Translations under genes and position numbers: made by a program | The notes under the pieces: model-generated | What the model saw: the letters and a program-made list of their open reading frames with translations, nothing else | Told to the model about the DNA's origin: nothing | The model's database searches: none | Shown here: one piece after another, positions 60,980 through 64,000 of the stretch | Numbering within the stretch: position 1 is the first letter of the stretch | How the letters are laid out: each line of letters opens with the position of its first letter | Source: Chiloscyllium plagiosum | Taxonomy: Eukaryota | Direction of reading: 5' to 3' | NCBI RefSeq assembly: GCF_004010195.1 | Contig: NC_057720.1 | Location: 20,228,092 to 20,292,091, forward strand | DNA: 64,000 nt

Positions 60980-61196
60980 GAGATACTGTATCAAAAGCAG
61001 AAATTGCTGGAAAAGCTCAGCAGGTCTAGCAACATCTGTGGAGAGAAGTTCTGAGGAAGGGTCACTTAATGAAACGTTAACTCAGATTTCTCTGCATAAA
61101 TGTTGTCAGACCTGCTGAGCTTTTCTAGCAATTTCTGTTTTTGTTTCTCATTTACAGCAACTGCAGTTCCATCGGTTTTTATTTCGAGATACTGTA
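60980..61196. mobile_element. Hairpin of an older related PLE end, 11-bp TSD
   Basis: GAGATACTGTA at 60980-60990 and 61186-61196; decayed CTGAGGAAGGGTCAC...GAAACGTT motif. Confidence 0.75.
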
Positions 61197-61811
61197 CACC
61201 TGGCATCACAGTGTGCAGCCTTAGCCACATCTAGCAGGTACACACATCACACAAATGTTGGTGGCTGATCAAAGACTCATCTAGGTAATGTGCGCTGAGG
61301 TACCACTGAGGGGGATCAGCATTTCTCAAGAGCAAATGTGCTCCAGTATTCATGTGTAATATTCAGCTCTACATTAAAATAAAACTTGAAAATGTTTTAC
61401 AGTACAAATTCATATAAACAATGTTGCTGATGGATTCTGGTCTTTATGAAGCCAATGGTTTGCCTCTTATGAATGCAACATTAAATGATTATTCACTAGG
61501 ACCCAGAGCACCTGTTGATCTGAAGCAATCATGCAGTTAAGCATTCCATTGAAAAGAAACTTCTCCCCCAATGCAGTGACTTACACTGGAGTACAATTGC
61601 AGAAATCCTGGGCCCTTTGGTACAGTAATAAGATAATTATCCTTCCTGAATTAACTGGGACCATGAGAGGAAAAGAACATTACAGGAACAGCACAATAGA
61701 ACATCAAGCAAGTGGAACACAAGGCTTACCACATGCAAATGAACACAGGAAAATTGGGATGTAGGTAGGTAGGTGTGTGTTTAGTCTGTCAATAATCAAA
61801 TTGTCTGATAT

Positions 61812-62262
61812 TCATGGATTCATACAGCACAGAAAAGACCCTTCAGTCCATCGAATCTGCACTGACATAACTACCACTAAAAGTGCGCTAATCCCAGTAT
61901 CCTGCACTTGTCCCATATCCTTGAATGAGATGATATTTCAAGTGCTCATCCAAATACTTTTAAAGTTTCTAGACTCCATTACCTTTCTAGGCAATACATT
62001 CCAGATTCCCACCACCTGCTGAGTGAAAAAAATCCCTCTCAATCTTCTGCCCCCTTACCCAAAAACTATGCCCTCTTGTGATTGACCCCTCAACCAAGGG
62101 AAACAGCTGCTCTCTATTCACCCTGTCCATGCTCCTCAATATCTTACACACCTCAATCATTTCCTCCCTCAGACCTCTTTGCTCTAAAGAAAACAATCCA
62201 AATCTATTTAGTCTCTCCATGTAGCTCAGTTTCTTTTACCCAGGCAACATCCTGGTGAAATT
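61812..62262 (-). mobile_element. CR1 LINE 3' portion
   Basis: ERLNRFGLFSLEQRGLREEMIEVCKIL. Confidence 0.85.
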
Positions 62263-64000
62263 CATTCTGCCTGCCCACGCAGACTTAGGAAAATCTTTCC
62301 AGTGTTTGTCTGCTATTCCACCATGACAGCATCACACCCTCACCTGAATACTGTCCCAACCTAAAGTTGACACAACCAGCAGGGGTAGTGACCAGGGAAA
62401 AAGTGAATTAAAATGTGACCTCAAGCTGCTTTTAACCTTGTCATTGCTGAAATCTAATTGGTGGGGGTCTGTAAATTAATTCCCGGTGTTAATGTTGTTA
62501 AACATGATTACCATGCAGGCTTGTCAGGAGCAACTTACCCTTCCTAGCTTAGTGAGGTTAGATATGTACAGTAGATAGTTGTGGCTTGATCATCCTATTA
62601 CTGAGTTAACTTGGCACAACTTGGCATTGGGCCCTGAGGCTTTTCTAGGAATCAGAGCTCCACTGAATCCAATTATTAAGGCAGCACACACCCAGTTAGA
62701 ATGGAGCTGGTCAGGACAAGAAGTTTTAACAGGCCTCACCTTCCTGTTCCACAGCTTCTGTCAGTAAATAGGATTACGTTTCTGGTCAAAAAGCAATTGA
62801 ACTGCAGGTATTTTGTTTGCTTTATTGCACATTTTGTTTTATTAGCAAAGCGGGTTTACTCTGGAGTGAAGGTCTCCTGTTTGCAAAAAAACTATGTGGG
62901 AATGATGCCTAGCCTGGAGGGTTCAGTTATGTAACACACATGTTACGGAGAATCTGACAACCCGCAGTGTCTGCTCTGTTTATCGACTGAGGGAAAATCA
63001 TAGCCTTCATTACCTCTGAAGATCCATCGTCTCACAATGTGTTCAGATGCAACCCAAATTTTTAGTGCATCTCATTCAAGTTGTATGAAGGATTATAATT
63101 AGAGATTTCCTCAATGGGTCCGGGAGCACAGTCCTGTTTGGAATGGAGTCATCCAGGCCACAACGGCCCTAAATTTGATCCTGATCCAGTGTAATCTTGG
63201 CTTGCCTTAGCTTCTGTAGTAGTCAAGTCAATAAAGATGACCACAGTGCTTCTGGATGAGGGGAGTGAGAAATGTTCCAGGATTCTGCTCCTGACTTTGT
63301 TCCAACAATCTCTTGCTGACATTCTGGAGACTAATGTGTGAATAAGCATTAATTAGATTACAAGTTTGCGGCTGTGCCACTAAAGATGTATATCAGCAAA
63401 TATTTCCACAGCTTTGGAAGGGAAGCAGAGATAATTGGCAAGAAAATTAAACCAGAGACACTTTTTGAGTTCCAGCATCCTTCACACTGATTCCTTGTTG
63501 AATTCCTCCTCCTTGTCTGACATTTTAGTACACATTCCCCACAAATCAGGAAAGAAATGGAGTTTAAAAATTTTAAAACCAATTGAAAAATAATACAGAA
63601 ATTTACTACTTTACATTGCCAGCATTTCTAAAAGTAATTTGATTCATGATGAAATCTGACTGCCCCCTATATGGTGAACTTTGTCTAAAAGCTTATGTAA
63701 TGCATACCTTTGATACCTCTGAAAAATCATTGTATTGGTAACTTCCTGCATTGAATATGTAGTTTAACAAAGTATCTTGGCAAGCTCTGCACTATCTTAT
63801 GGCTATTTGTAGTGGTTCTGGTCAGCTGCCAAAGCTTTTTGGGGATTAATCCCAAGTAATGCACAAAACAAATTATGTTTTGCTCTGTAATTATTAACAT
63901 TTAACTAAGATAAAAAATTATCTTCAGTTATAAGATAAAACCAGCAAATGGCATGATGGAAAAGGGTGAATATTTACAGGGAGTTCATCAGCATCTGAAG

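Noticed and set aside
36900..64000. Exons of an upstream neighbour such as SLC44A3
   Set aside because: No recognisable exon found by eye; short exons could have been missed

Overview
Vertebrate, repeat-rich genomic DNA, most likely from a cartilaginous fish (shark), inferred from HE1-type V-SINEs, HER1/CR1-type LINEs and Deu-domain SINE relics. One intact protein-coding gene can be assembled by hand: tissue factor (F3, coagulation factor III) on the minus strand, with 6 exons between 4032 and 26036, 849 nt of CDS, 282 aa and all GT-AG introns. Just upstream on the same strand (about 28.9-33.6 kb) are several decayed exon-like segments resembling fibronectin type III (FN3) domains, possibly the remains of a dead gene (tentative). 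The rest is mostly retroelement debris. The most striking non-genic signal is a dense population of Penelope-like element (PLE) termini. They carry minimal hammerhead-ribozyme motifs from at least three families and are repeatedly inserted as short asymmetric hairpins flanked by 11-17 bp target-site duplications (TSDs), including a three-level nested insertion. There is one 182-nt assembly gap. Almost all ORFs in the supplied track are spurious or transposon remnants. Repeat boundaries are read by eye and approximate unless a TSD is quoted.
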